Positions 1-12,623 of a stretch of DNA of 64,000 nt are shown piece after piece. Each line of letters begins with the position of its first letter. The first letter of the stretch is position 1. The notes beneath the pieces are model-generated. The model saw only the letters and a program-made list of their open reading frames with translations. It searched no databases and was not told where the DNA came from. This DNA is from Lama glama. Taxonomy: Eukaryota. The translations under genes were made by a program, and so were the position numbers. The stretch lies in assembly GCA_028534125.1 (NCBI GenBank), contig CM052817.1, positions 43,464,001 to 43,528,000 of the forward strand. The letters are read 5' to 3'.

Positions 1-318
1 ACAAAAAAATCAATGGACAAAGAGGAATTTTATGGCAGCAACATAGAGGTTCAAAAGTTTCCCTTCTGCAGAGAACAAGGGGACGGGACTTTCAAATCAA
101 AGGTGCTCCTAACAAAATATACACTGCCCCCTGAGTTTGGGTGATGTGTTCTATTAATCTTTGCATGTCCTAAGTATCTCCATAATAGGTGCTTAATAAA
201 TATTTGAATAAATAAATAACTACCCATATATCAAATTTATGAATATTGCAAAACAGTATCATCAACAAAACTTCACACGTAGGTGCAAGGACATTGTAGC
301 TCTAGGAATGACACCTAC

Positions 319-645
319 CTTGGGCACAGTCTTCACGTGGAACAGTATGTTTTGGAAGGAGTGTCCATCACTGGCCTGCAAGACTGCGACATCGGAAGGG
401 CTATCCGAGCCATCATGAGCATAAAGGAGAAGACCCCTGGAGAGCTCATCCAGCCGGAACTGATAGATTGGGGCTGCAGGGGACTGAAGGGCTTGGAGCA
501 ACTGGCCATGGACTGGAGGATCCAGCACTTGGACCACCACGTCCTGTGGGTTGTCGTCATCTCGGATGTCAAGCAGCTGGGTGGTGATGGTTCCCCTCTC
601 TCCTCTGCTAATGTGGAGGGCCTCATTTCTCAGCACATAAGGGGC
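319..645 (-). CDS. FRAS1: FRAS1 exon (approx. exon 29), 327 nt, CSPG repeat 2
   Basis: Acceptor ACAG, donor GTAGGT. Encodes APYVLRNEALHISRGERGTITTQLLDIRDDDNPQDVVVQVLDPPVHGQLL...LLYAHDGSDSPSDVAVLQASDGHSFQNILFHVKTVPK, with the typical CSPG-repeat Y-x-H-D-G-S motif. Confidence 0.95.
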
Positions 646-2944
646 CTGTGGAGTTGAAGGGAAGGAGAAGGGAAGCCACTAGCAGGAAAAGACTGGACAA
701 TCCAGTGAGCCAGATGCCAGGTGTGTGCAAGCTGATTGATATTTCTGTGCTTTTTAAGGAACTCTACATGCTCCAGTGAAGTGCCAAACTCTTGCATAGG
801 CAGAGCATTTATCACAGGTGTAGTCAGTCACAGGAATCACTGCAAAGGAGGTTACTTTACACCTCGGGTTCTGGAGGTTTCTTAAGCCACATCCAGACCA
901 TGGTATTGATCAGGGACAATCAAGGTGAGCTGCTTGCTTCTACATCTCTGAAGTCTCTGCTGTCTTGATTTACACTACATCCCCTGCATGGTAACTGAGA
1001 TCACCTCAGTGTCAAGGAACTCAGTCAGTCTGCAGCCAAGGGAGACTAATGAGAGGTATGGAGCTTTGGCATCTGTGCTGGGAGTTGAGCGCTTCACTCC
1101 AGGCTACGCTGCAGCATGCAGATTTGGAGTGAGACACCGACACGGTCTCCACTCATGCTCTTTCTGGTCCTTCCCAGTCATTTCCCTCAAGCTGTCTCAT
1201 CCATATCAGGAAGCGGCCCACCTCAACTCAGAGTATAAAGCCTGATAAGATCATGGTCTGGGTAAGGCAGCCACCTGGTTAATTCATGTGGCAAATTTTA
1301 ATATGTTTTCCTTAGGATTATCAGGTTTTCCTCCAGCAACTTCAGTAAGCAGATAAAATGTTCTTTCATAAAGATAAAAGTTAATGAACCACAACAGGAA
1401 AAAAAAAAACAACTCACCCCTCCAAAAAAATCGAGGTGAGAAGCCAAAGAAAATATTATCTTAGTTTTTTATATCGTTTGAAGTTAAACCATCTAGGACT
1501 TCTCTCAGCACACTGCCTTCTTTAATCCAAATGGCTTTCTTTTTAAAATACTCCCCACCCCCCGGCCTCCTGGAAATTTCAATATCTATTAAAGTAATGT
1601 CTAACTAATGCATCTTTATAATAATCACATAATAGGATATGAAAAGATAGCTACTCCCCAGGATTCCCAAGTGAGAATTCAAAAGCTGGGATTCTATATG
1701 TGGGAATGAATAGCCCCTTGGATTCTTAAAGAGGTGATGTCAAAATCCATAAGTGGGAAAGATCAACTTAGCTCACATGAGGAAATCTTAGGGAGACTTA
1801 AAACCATATTGAAATAGCACAGAACTGTAAAGGAACAAAAATAAGCTAAAATTAATTTCTAAAATTCCATTTAAAAAAATGCTACAATGATAAAAGTTTC
1901 TCATATAATAAGTAAAATAAAAATGTGCCCTCACCATCTACTCCATTTATTTGGGGAAAGCAAACAAACAAAAATCTGGGAACCATGGCAACTTATCATC
2001 TCAGAAGTCGCTTGTCAAAACCTAGCCTGAGTCTTTTATTCACTTAATTAGTGTAACTATATTAGCACAAACAAAAAGAACAAAACAAAACTTCAGAGGC
2101 TAAGTACTGAGAAACATCTAAGCCAGTAAATCCTGAGACTTGGTGGCCCTCTGACCCATATTTACAGAGATCACATGTTTTAGCTTTAATTAAAATAAAA
2201 TTCATACTCTTTGCCTAACCCTGAGGTCAAATTAATTTAGGATCAATTTTTGATCATTCCTCAACTTCAGTCATCCCTGAAGTGAGACTCGCTGAGCTGG
2301 GCTGTGAATACCATTTGGCAGTCACTTCTGGTTCAAGTCTATGTTATCCTTGGTGTGTGGTCTTTTCATTTGGGGACCAAAAATATAAAAATATCAGTTT
2401 TAAAAACAATGATCTCATATCCTTCCCTGAATCATGACTAATTAATGCACTACTGACATCTAATACTTAGGTAGTCTTGGTTCTCCCACGCTGATACCCC
2501 ACTCTCTCGTTGTTCACAACTTAATGATACATTGATCTTCCTCCTCTTTGCTCATTTCAGCTGTTCAATCCCTCTAGCCCAGGCACTGGGAGCATCCACC
2601 ACTGTATGTATTCAGGACACATAAGTACAACCTGACAGAGATAAGTGATGAGAACAGACGAGCCATCACACTGAGTTTTAGAGCATCTACCCTGATTTCC
2701 TCAGACTTGTGTTTGGCAGATGACCACAGTGCACTTCGTTTAAGTGGATCCTTAAAGATCCTCTAACTACTGCACACTGAGTTAAATGCAGTCCTGCTAC
2801 ATGATCAACGGGCAAAAGTAGGCGGACTTAATTCTAATCCCTGAGAGAGAAATATTTAGACAAAACATACTTATTTACCTAAAAATAGGGAAGTCTCAAC
2901 AACTGGCACAGCTTCAAAATATTCTGAAGGGCTGGTATCAGATT

Positions 2945-3170
2945 CAGTGTAGTAAAGTAAAGAATGAAGACTCTGTAACCAGAGACACCAATTTGCTGGG
3001 CACGACCTCAGCTCTCTGAGCTCTGTCACCATAGACACATTCCTTTACCTCCTGTGACTTAGTCTCCTCATCTGTGAATTGGGGATCATAACACCTCTGA
3101 GGGCTGGCATGAGGACTGAATGAGAAGCATAAGAAGAGTATTTGAGGTATATAAGTAACTGTTGTTGCTT
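2945..3170 (+). mobile_element. MIR SINE, degraded
   Basis: MIR core-like 'ttagtctcctcatctgtgaattggggatcataa...atgaggactgaatgag'. Boundaries approximate. Confidence 0.6.
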
Positions 3171-3334
3171 GTTACTACCCACAAGTACTAAAAATTATTC
3201 TAGTGGCATTTCCTGAGGACACCGACACAAGGTTAATTTAGCTCAAATATTTCTGCTAAAACTACTGAAAATCTCGATTTGTGCATGAGAATGAGTAGGC
3301 GTGAGACATTATTAATCATGTGGCATTTCCTTAC

Positions 3335-3419
3335 CTGTGTTGAAAATGCTTGTATGTGGATCAGCTGTGGCTCCGAGAAGAACTGCTGGTCACTAATTTT
3401 CAGGGAAAAGTAACCTTTC
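3335..3419 (-). CDS. FRAS1: FRAS1 exon (approx. exon 28), 85 nt, end of CSPG repeat 1
   Basis: Acceptor TCAG, donor GTAAGG. Encodes (R)KGYFSLKISDQQFFSEPQLIHIQAFSTQ. Phase 2-0, which completes the frame of the preceding exon. Confidence 0.93.
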
Positions 3420-3784
3420 CTGAAAGAAGTCCCCAAGAAAGGAATGAGAAAATACCATCATTAACTTGGTCTTTGGAAAGACAAGGATTAAAAACATTTT
3501 CAGGCTATGTGCACATAGGAATTTGGCTCAAACCACTACAGCAACATAATACTGTACACAGAAGTGACCACATAAAGATGAACACAGTGAGATGCAGATG
3601 CTGCTGCTGTGTATTCTTTGATCTTATTATAACATAACAATTACGTAAACTTTTGGCTTTCTATTTTTCTAAATAGAATATGGAAAAGGTTGAAAAATCA
3701 GTTGTCGGGCCAAGACAGGTTAGTAATATATTGAAGGCTAATGGTTAAGTTGGGGAATGAAAAGGAATCTTTCATAGTTTCTGA

Positions 3785-4222
3785 CTAGTTCTCAGTGATT
3801 CCCTCTTCCCTGCAAATCCTCTTCCCAACCCCTGCCCAATTCATGTGAGTGGCCCCCATTAACAATGTTGGCAATGTTTGTATTATATGACTCTGTAGCC
3901 CCCTCTCCCTCCGGCCACACACATACACATTTGATGTGGACTGGACAAGGGAAGAATGGCTGATTATTCCCTGGAAATTTGGAACCAACCCCATTTGACT
4001 ATGGGGAACCACAGTCTATCATGTCAATAAGCAAAGAGACAGAGATGAGAGGAAGAACTGAATCCCACTTTCCTTTCCCTTTTCTAACTTCCGGGCTTGC
4101 CCTGGAAACCCAGGTGCCCTTGATGGGTTTGAGATCTGAGCCATACCTGCCATGTTATAAACAAGCCTTAATCTGGTTCAAGTTGACTCCCATTACTTGC
4201 AACTAAAGAGTCCTAATTAATA
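3785..4222 (+). mobile_element. Old ERVL-type LTR (LTR16/LTR33-like)
   Basis: 3' end 'cattacttgcaactaaagagtcctaattaata' resembles the recalled LTR16/LTR33 terminus. 5' boundary uncertain. Confidence 0.5.
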
Positions 4223-4454
4223 GAACAAAATAAGGCTCACTCTTTGCTGTGGTTTTTGCTTCCTATAAAAGTGTTGTTCCAGCAGCTTCAGAGCCCCAAC
4301 ACCTCCTGGGAAGGTAGGAGGTGCCCACCTTCAAAGCCAAAGCAAGCTCAGAACTCACTTCAGGCTGGTAAGATGTGTGATTAATGCATTATGGACGGTT
4401 GTGAATTCTGGTCTACTACAGGGACGATAAGCTTCTTTAAAGGGCATTCATGGA

Positions 4455-4780
4455 ACTAATTACTGATACATGAAAGAATGTGGATGATCTCAAAAGCATC
4501 ATGGCAAAAGCCAGAAACAAAAGATTATATACCGTATGGCCCATTCACATGACATTTCAGAAAGGGCAAACCAATAAGGGTAAACAACAGGTCAGTGATT
4601 GCCAGGGATGGGGGTAGGGAGTCCTGTAAAAATGACTTTGGAGGGGTGGTGACAAAATTGTTGCAGTCCCAAGACTACAAGACCTTATATATTTGTTAAC
4701 ACTCGTAGAACAGTACACTTTAAAATGGGGAACTATATTGAATGCAAATTATACCTCAGTAAACCTGATTTTTTAAAAAA
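4455..4780 (+). mobile_element. L1 3' UTR fragment (L1MB/MC/ME-like)
   Basis: 'atgtggatgatctcaaaagcatcatg...gtgattgccaggg...gtacactttaaaatgggg...aattatacctcagtaaa' followed by an A-rich end. Confidence 0.7.
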
Positions 4781-5689
4781 GGAATTCTTGTCTTCCCTCT
4801 CATTTCATCGTCTCTTTCATTTTCTGTCCCATTTAAATCCTGCCCCTCTCCACTGCTACCTCCATACTTCAAGAGAATGCAGGTGATGGAAGCAGCAGAA
4901 TGAAGAAAGAGGGGTTGTTACTTCCAACCGACAGGGGAAAAACGATTTTTGGTGGCACTGAGGTTCCAGTCTCTCAGCAACGCCAGCTCATCTCGGCCAC
5001 TACAACTGTATTTCCAAGTCGTCTGGCACTCCCCGGGGGCACTCCAACCCAAAGGAAGCCAATCCTAAAGAACCATGGTGGGTGTTTTCACGGGGAAAAA
5101 TCACCACAAACCCATGTGGCAAGCTGCCCCTTTTGTTTCTGTATAATTCAGAGACATAATTTCCTCTTTCCATGAGTTTCTATTAACCTTGTTTTACTAT
5201 TCCTCTCATTCTTTCTTTTCAAAAACATTTTAGATAAGAAAAATCCAATGTTAAAATGGGTACTAAAAAATAAAAAGAGTACTGAAAGAAGTCCCTGCAA
5301 AATAGGTGGCATTTGCCTGTTTAGGAGTATAAAGCTGACTCTGCAAAAAAACCAGGTGATGAAAGATTAAAGAAGTTAAACAGACACGAGGGTTGACTTT
5401 GGTTGTCTGCGGAGCTTTACATTCTTTATGCACTTTTCACAAGTGATTCCGAGACAAATGACTACAGGTACAGAGCTGTGTGATGCCAATACTTAAGAAC
5501 AACACTTGAGGCAAAATGAATGAAGGGGACGGAGCACAAACCTGGAGTGATTCTATGGCATCAGACACCAGAGTTTGAAGCTCCATCTCTACAGCAAGAC
5601 TTTCCTACACAGTCATCTTTTGCCCCTGGAGGGTGGACGCGTGCCCGTTATTCCTAGTACTACTGAGGAGGCAGAAATCATGGTGGCTG

Positions 5690-5890
5690 AAGCCATGGGG
5701 AGTGGAATCAGCCTTGGTTGGAGTGTCAGCTCTATGCTCACACTTGGCTGTGAGGCTTGGGCAAGATTACTTATTGATTCACTCAAGGCCTCTGTTTCCC
5801 TATCTGTAGAGTCGGAACATAAATAAATAAATTCACATAAGCTGCTGAAAAACCTGGGTCATAGTTAGCACTCAGTAAATATTAGTTGTT
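5690..5890 (+). mobile_element. MIR SINE
   Basis: 'ggcttgggcaagattactt...gcctctgtttccctatctgtag...tagcactcagtaaatattag'. Confidence 0.6.
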
Positions 5891-6823
5891 CTTATTCCCA
5901 TAAGATGGGAGGTTTTGAGATTTCTGGCATCACTGGCTCTGAAATGCAATACGGAAAGTGCAATCTAATTTCCCCCCACCTATCTCCTAGCCCAAACCTC
6001 GAACATTTAAAAAAAATCTCAAGTTTAGTGGTAATAGTTGAAAATATTCACTGTTCTTTATCATTGTTCCCTGGGTTTCAATTCCTTGTTTACATATATA
6101 GTCTACTCTGAATAATCTGCACTAATGATGCAGAGCAGCGTGAAGGATAATCCAAGAGGCTAATCCTTGGGGTGCATTCTCTGATTTCTGTTTAGTAGAT
6201 CTGCTCTGCTAATTACTCGGCTACGTTTGCTTGGGTTAGTGTTAACATACAATTGCATTCTTGAAGCCTGTGTCAGCTGAGGTGGAGAGGACAGCCAGAA
6301 GTGTGCTCGGCATCGGCATCAGAGGAAAACTGGATCAGGCTTAAGAATTAACAATTAGTCCCACAAAGCGGATAATAAAAAGTTAACGATGACTCTTAGT
6401 TTCCTTCTAACTCTGAAATTCTAGGAACCATACAACACCTTGAAAAGCACACACTCCATCCTCCAGCCACTCCCTCCTCCCAGTATAGTACCCCAGTGCT
6501 GAAGAAGCAGCTGCAACGTCTGGGTGTATAAGTGATTTTGTTTCTCCTGGGCCAAAAAACTGGGTAATTGTACTAGGAACTTTGCTGTCACATCAGAGAA
6601 TTACCCATAATTATGTGATAAAATGAAAATGCCTCTAACAGAAGCACTCTCTCTGAGCAGTTACAGTGAAACGACAACAGGCAGCTGAAAGTATTTGGCG
6701 TTGGTAGAGTATTGATCTTCCTCAGGAGAGAAGGGAGAGCTGCTGAGATGGGGGAGGAGCGGGGGGCTGCGCAGAGCACTGACGGAAAGAAGGCAGGAAG
6801 AAAACAACAGAGCACCGCGTCAC

Positions 6824-7094
6824 CTGGGTTTTTCTTTGCTGTGCACAAAACGCACTTTTTTCTCCTTCACATCTTTCCAGCTAAAGTGAGCAGCCTTGTC
6901 GAGCTGAACCTCTTTTCCATTCCTTGAGAGCACAAGCTGACCACTGGTGGGAGTGCTGACCACATGGAACAGGAGGTCTTCGACCCTGCCATCCTTGTCT
7001 TGGACATTCAGGAGGAAAAAATCCAGCGGTTTCATTGAACCAATGGCAAGGGTGAGGGAACCATTCACATGAAGACTAGGAGTGTGTATTTTGC
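6824..7094 (-). CDS. FRAS1: FRAS1 exon (approx. exon 27), 271 nt, first CSPG/NG2 repeat
   Basis: Acceptor CCAG, donor GTGACG. Encodes GKIHTPSLHVNGSLTLAIGSMKPLDFFLLNVQDKDGRVEDLLFHVVSTPTSGQLVL...VRFVHSKEKP(R). Phase 1-2. Confidence 0.94.
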
Positions 7095-7238
7095 CTGGAA
7101 ATCACACAAATCAAAGGTCAGGCTTGGTACAGTCACTAGTTAGATTATTATTTTTTAAAGAAATAGACCTGTAACATTCATTCTGAGCTACAAAGATGAA
7201 ACTCTAGGCTACTGTACACCATTAGCCTCCTTCTGATC

Positions 7239-8551
7239 TAGTGGTTCTCACCCTGGATACATATGAGAATAACATAAGGTCTCAATGTTAATCTATAAAA
7301 CCCCTAGAAGAAAATATAGAAGAAAATCTTTGTGATCTTGAATTAGGCAATGCTTTCTCAGATATGACACCAAAAGCACAAGTGGCAAAAGAAAAAATGG
7401 ATATATTGGACATCATTAATATTAAAAACCTTTATGCTTCCAGCAAGAAAGTGAAAGACAATCTACAGAATAGAAGAAAATATTTGCAAATTATGTATCT
7501 GATAAGGGACTTGTCCCCCTTTTGTATCTAGAAAATAACAAGAATTCTTACAACTCATTAAATGATAAATAACCTAATTTTAAACAGGCAAAGAATCTGA
7601 ATAGGCATTTCTCCAAAGAAGATATACAAGAGGACAATAAGCACATGAAAAGGTGTTCAAATATCATCAGTCATCAGGGAAATTCGAATCAAAACCACAA
7701 GATGGTATCATTTAATCCCCACTAGGAGGAACAATAAAACATGTTCCTGAGGGGGTGGAGAAACTAGAAATCTCATATACTGCTGGTGGGAATGTAAAGT
7801 GGTGCAGCTGCTTGGGAGACAGGCTAGTAGGTCCTCAAGCAATTAAACACAGAGCTATCATATAATCCAGCAATTCTACTCCTAGGTATATACTCAAGAG
7901 TATTAAACCATCTGTCCACACAAAAACTTGTACACAAACATTCACAGCAGTGTTATTCATAATATCCAAAAGTGGAAACAATCAAAATGTCCATCAATTG
8001 ATGAGTGAATAAACAAAACGTGGTACATCCATACAATGGAATATTATTCAACCATAGCAAGAAATGATGTACTGATACATGCTCTAACATGAAAGAACCT
8101 TGAAAATACTGTGCCAAGTGAAAGCAGCCAGGCATTAAATGAATGATATCATTTATGTGAAATATCTAGAGGAGGAAAATCCATAGAGACAGAGAGTAGG
8201 TCAGGGGTTGCCAGGGGCTAAGACAACGCGGCAGTAGGGAGAGACTACTAATGGTTACTGGATTTCTTTTTAGGGTGGTTAAAATGACCTGGAATTAGAT
8301 AATGATAATAGTTTCACAATGCTGTGCATATACTAAAAACCCACTGTATAATTTCAAGGGTGAATTCTATGGTATGTGGATTGTATCTCAGAAACAGTAA
8401 CAATAAGGAATCACATAGGGATCTTCTAAAACAATACAGATACTTAGGCTCCACCACCAGAGATTCCAACTTAAATGTTCCAGGATGAGCCTTGGTGATT
8501 TTGCAAGCTCCCCAGGTAATCCTAAAAGGTTGTCACCTCTGAGAACCACAG
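7239..8551. mobile_element. MER5A-like hAT-Charlie MITE split by an L1 (halves at 7239-7279 and 8408-8551)
   Basis: Terminal inverted repeats (TIRs) tagtggttctca (7239) and tgagaaccacag (ending 8551). Internal 'aatacagatacttaggctccaccaccagagattcc...ccccaggtaatcctaa' is MER5A-like. Confidence 0.7.
7280..8407 (+). mobile_element. 5'-truncated L1 (ORF2 C-terminal remnant plus 3' UTR, L1MB-like)
   Basis: Typical L1 segments 'ctagaagaaaatatag', 'atttctccaaagaagatatac', 'gctggtgggaatgtaaa', 'ccagcaattctactcctaggtatata'. Flanked by a 13-bp near-identical TSD. Confidence 0.9.
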
Positions 8552-9792
8552 TCCTATCCTAATACACCTGTCATATCTGACCATCAGACCCACCAAGAGA
8601 CAAGTGTCTGGTGTCATTTGCAGGGACAGCCCCAGTTAATCTACAATGAAGTAGGATTATCAGTGGTTTATATTCAGACTTCATGTGAAATATTTACAAT
8701 CTGTTTTAAAATTTTACCATCTCTGTCCATAGGAAGCATCTGATGGATGAATCAGGATTTCTGACCTTGATGTGGAATTTATCTTGTCTCCTGCAAGTTG
8801 GTTTGCCTGAACTTTAATTGGTAGCACTTCCTTTACAAGTAGGTCAGACAGGGCAGTTCAGGGATGCCAAGTCGCAGGCTAACTACTTCTAATGTAAGAT
8901 TACACTAATGAAACTCAAATTCATTCTTGCAAGTTGACTTTCATTATGTCCCAAGAGGAGTAAGTTGACTCTCAGTACTTGGGCTTTCCAGGAGGATCCC
9001 AACGAAATAAGCCAAAGATTTTTTTTTCCCCATGGGAAATCTTAATATCATTAAAGGTCAGAAATAGAGAGATGAAAAATATGAGTGACTGCAGGTGATA
9101 AAATATGATCCGTGTTATTGATGAAGGACACCCCAAAGCCAAGGAATGCTCGGCTATAATATAACTCCCAATCTTCATTCACCTATACAAGTTTTGGCTT
9201 CAAAATTAAGCCTGCATTTAAATTTGCTTTTCTTTGTTGTTTAAGGTAAAGGGTCCAGAGAAGACTAGCTCCATTCCTTAACGTCTTACCTAATTCTTAA
9301 TGGCAAACAGAGTGGCTTGAAATCCATTCAGTTTAAATGTGAGGACCTAATGGGGTAGGCTACTCTCTATTCATTAATTATTTACCATTAATCTCGAGTG
9401 TGTGCACAAAGGATGAACCACTGTACCCTGGCATGATTAGCTCTGTATGTTTATATAAATACAATGCTATATCTGTAAGAATATATATAACTTTCCATAA
9501 CATGACTGTAATTCAGGAATATAACTAAATTTTATGCCAAATCTTTGATGTGATAGTTGTGACTTTTAAAGCACACATTGCTTCTTTTTCTCTTTCAGAG
9601 ATCTTAGAATTTGAATTTTCCCAATTTTCCATGTTCTAGAAACAGTTCCTTATTCCATAGCAGCACCAGGCGTATTCACAGAATGGGAATCCTGCATTTT
9701 GCATCATGTGAGCCAGTTGTACCTGGAAACCCAGCCGCTGCCTGGAGAAATTACAGGTGAATTCACTGGACCATTGGAGGAGAAGCACTTAC

Positions 9793-9933
9793 CAGCACAT
9801 GTTTCATTAGAGGAGTGGGTAGAGAAGCCAGGAACACAGTTGGCAATACAAAGGCCGCTCTTCAGAAAGAACCCCTGGTCACACAGGTGACACCGGTCTC
9901 TGTGGCTGCACTGCAAGCACCCCTGAGGGCAGG
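9793..9933 (-). CDS. FRAS1: FRAS1 exon (approx. exon 26), 141 nt, last furin-like repeat
   Basis: Acceptor ACAG, donor GTAAGT. Encodes ACPQGCLQCSHRDRCHLCDQGFFLKSGLCIANCVPGFSTHSSNETCA. Confidence 0.95.
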
Positions 9934-10214
9934 CTGTTGAAGAGAGGACACACTAAATGAGGCAGGACAAAGGCACAGGCACCCAGCGAGGGCTACCAGT
10001 GATAGAGAAATGATGAGTGAGAGCACAAGCAGCATGGGGTCCCCAGCTGTAGCAGAAGAGAATTCCAACAGTTCCCATGGAACTTCAGAGACACCTGGTC
10101 TACCCTAGAAAGGACAGTGGGAAGGGAGGAGCACCCTTGCTTTACACACCATGACCTGAAAATGTTGCACAGAAACAGATTGCTTAAAAAGTTAACCATA
10201 GTGACTTGTCAGAG

Positions 10215-10450
10215 AGGTAGTTTATAGGGATTAAGAGCATAAACTCTTTCTGGGTACTGTTCCTCTTCTACCATTTACCGGCTGTTGAATTTGGGCAAGT
10301 TCTTTAAATAGTCTGCGGTACAATTTCTTATCTTAAAAATGGGGATAGTAATAGCACCTAATACCAATGATTGCTGGTTGGACTGTGAGCTATTAATGAT
10401 ACAAAGTGACTAGAACAGTATTGGGTTCAACAGAAAGGACTCAAGTGTAC
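10215..10450 (+). mobile_element. MIR SINE
   Basis: 'ttaagagcataaactct...tttgggcaagttctttaa...aaaatggggatagtaatagcaccta'. Confidence 0.65.
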
Positions 10451-11468
10451 TCCTACCATCACTGCTATTCTGAGATTATTTTTACTATTATTATTTTAAA
10501 TGCACGAGGAGAGCAAGCTATTTTAAGGACCATAGATAATTTCTTTGGATCAAGTTAACAACCTTCTACAAATCAAGTGTTTACTGCCTAATTATTCTGC
10601 TTTCTCAGTTGAGATTTTGTTATAGAGAGGGGGCATAGGATAGCTTAACGGGCCCTGAATTCGCCCTTTAAACTATTCTGGTTCCTGAATTAGAATCAGA
10701 AAGTTTGAGATCAGTACCTGACTTTATGTTGCCCTGGTTATACTCTTCTGCCTCTTTTTTTTTTTTCCACTTGTGAAACAGGATTCGTAGTGTTTGCCAT
10801 ACTTTACCAAGTCATTGTGAATATTAAATGAGATAATGCAGATGAAGGAAATTTGGGGAAACGTAAAATGCCACACCTGGGTAATGGCATATGATTAAAT
10901 GTCCAGTATTCTTGAAAGTGGGGCACACAGTACCAGGTTTTGATAAAAACGATGAGAACAAACCAAGGAACTCTTGAGAATAACTCAGTGGACAAGGAGA
11001 TTAAGACTTTGGGTTTAACTTTAGTTTCATAATAAAGCTCAACACGTCTCACTAAACTGCCCCCAGAAATCCGACACCTCAAGGACGTAACGCGGTATCA
11101 GGGTCACTGGTAATTTAGTGGATGCACTGAACACCCTGGCCCCGTATCAGTAGGGCTGACCTCTCTCAATGGATCCCTCACCTTAGTTCAACGTAAGCTC
11201 TGCACCCCATGAAATATTGGCTTTATTTCCATATAGACTTCTAGGGACAGTATTGACTTGTGCAAGAGAATTGTTAGCCGGCATTCCTGTGTTCTATTTA
11301 GTCAGCAATTGGCAGATGTGCACAAGAAGCCACCAGTTACTTAGGCCAAACTTCCAGGTTTCCTTTCTGCCCTTAATTCAGACTCTCCTCGGTTACCTGA
11401 GAATCAGCACACCTGACTTACTCGTTGGCCTCATTTCTTTCCAGAACTCAGCACAGTGTCCAAGTTAC

Positions 11469-11609
11469 CTGTGCATCTGCGATTTGCATGATCTGCAAAG
11501 TACCCCTTCCCACAGTCCTGGACACACTGGGCTTCCAAGAGGAGAAATGGCTCTTCACAGCGGGTGCACTCATGGGGACCTTGGCACTGGAGACAGTGTC
11601 TGGCACAGC
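11469..11609 (-). CDS. FRAS1: FRAS1 exon (approx. exon 25), 141 nt, furin-like repeat (absent from the ORF track)
   Basis: Acceptor CCAG, donor GTAACT. Hand translation: SCARHCLQCQGPHECTRCEEPFLLLEAQCVQDCGKGYFADHANRRCT. Confidence 0.94.
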
Positions 11610-11689
11610 CTGGAAGACAGAAGTCAAGTCAACAGGAATGGGTACAGCTTTCCAAGGGGCTCTGGGCCCTCGTGGTGACGCAACTTAAC

Positions 11690-11840
11690 CTGGTGCGCTG
11701 GGCAAAGCCGCAGACGGGGAGCCGGGGAGCCAGGGAGCCAGGCTTCCGGCTGTGACTGCTGCGCTTACCAGCTGGGTGACTGAGGACCAGCCACTCCACT
11801 TCTCTGAGCCTCAGTGTTGTCTCCCAGAAAAGGGGAGTGG
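11690..11840 (+). mobile_element. MIR SINE, unusually GC/CpG-rich copy
   Basis: 'cttaccagctgggtgactgaggaccagccactccacttctctgagcctcagtgtt...aaaaggggag' follows the MIR core. Confidence 0.55.
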
Positions 11841-12482
11841 ACACACTGCCCCTATAAACTGATAGATATCAACCATTATCATATTATTAATGAGTCCTTG
11901 GCTCTCTGCACTGTTTCACTGAAGTGTCAATCATCTTTTCTCACTCACCCGGTGAGTTATCAGAGCATTACCCAAGGATGCTCCCAGGATGCTGCCTATG
12001 TACTTTGTTTGGGTGGTCACTTCGGGGTGTGAAGACGTGGTGGCGTTAAACTGAGGCTGGAGGGGGTACTGGGTCAGAGAGAGGCAATGCTTAGATGTAT
12101 GGTACTTGGAGGGTCGTGAGAGGCAGATGATGGAATAATACGGTCTTTCCTTGTGCTCACATGACTGGAGAATACAGACCTCTCTACCTGCAGCACAGGA
12201 CTGTTCCATTTTTACAGAAATTCAAAACTTAATGGTCAAAACATACCTATTTGTGTGGCCATATACCCCCAAGATTCCCATTTGTATCAAATGTTGTATT
12301 TGGGCACAGGAGAAGCAAAGAGGGGATGTTTTCATTATAGCAAAGAAAAGCTCTCAGGGAAGAAATCAGAAATTGGATAAAAAACCAGAAGGGAAACTTG
12401 CCACAGGCTCCTTCTCAGAACAGTAGAAATCAGAGGAGGTGGAAGCCTCAGTGAGCACAGAGCAAGGGCCCCAGACACTTAC

Positions 12483-12623
12483 TCTTGCAGAGACCCCGGT
12501 CCCGGTAAAATGCTGGTGAGCACTGCTCCACGCAGGCTCCGTCCTGGAGGACGTAGCCGTCCATGCACTGCAGGCAGTCCGTCCTCAGGGGCCCGCTGCA
12601 CGCATTGCAACTCCAATCACACT
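12483..12623 (-). CDS. FRAS1: FRAS1 exon (approx. exon 24), 141 nt, furin-like repeat (absent from the ORF track)
   Basis: Acceptor CTAG, donor GTAAGT. Hand translation: ECDWSCNACSGPLRTDCLQCMDGYVLQDGACVEQCSPAFYRDRGLCK. Confidence 0.94.

Noticed and set aside
1088..1155. Short inverted repeats (cactcca/tggagtg; gagac/gtctc) suggesting a structured RNA
   Set aside because: Stems of only 5-7 bp are too short for a pre-miRNA-like hairpin, and no snoRNA boxes are evident.
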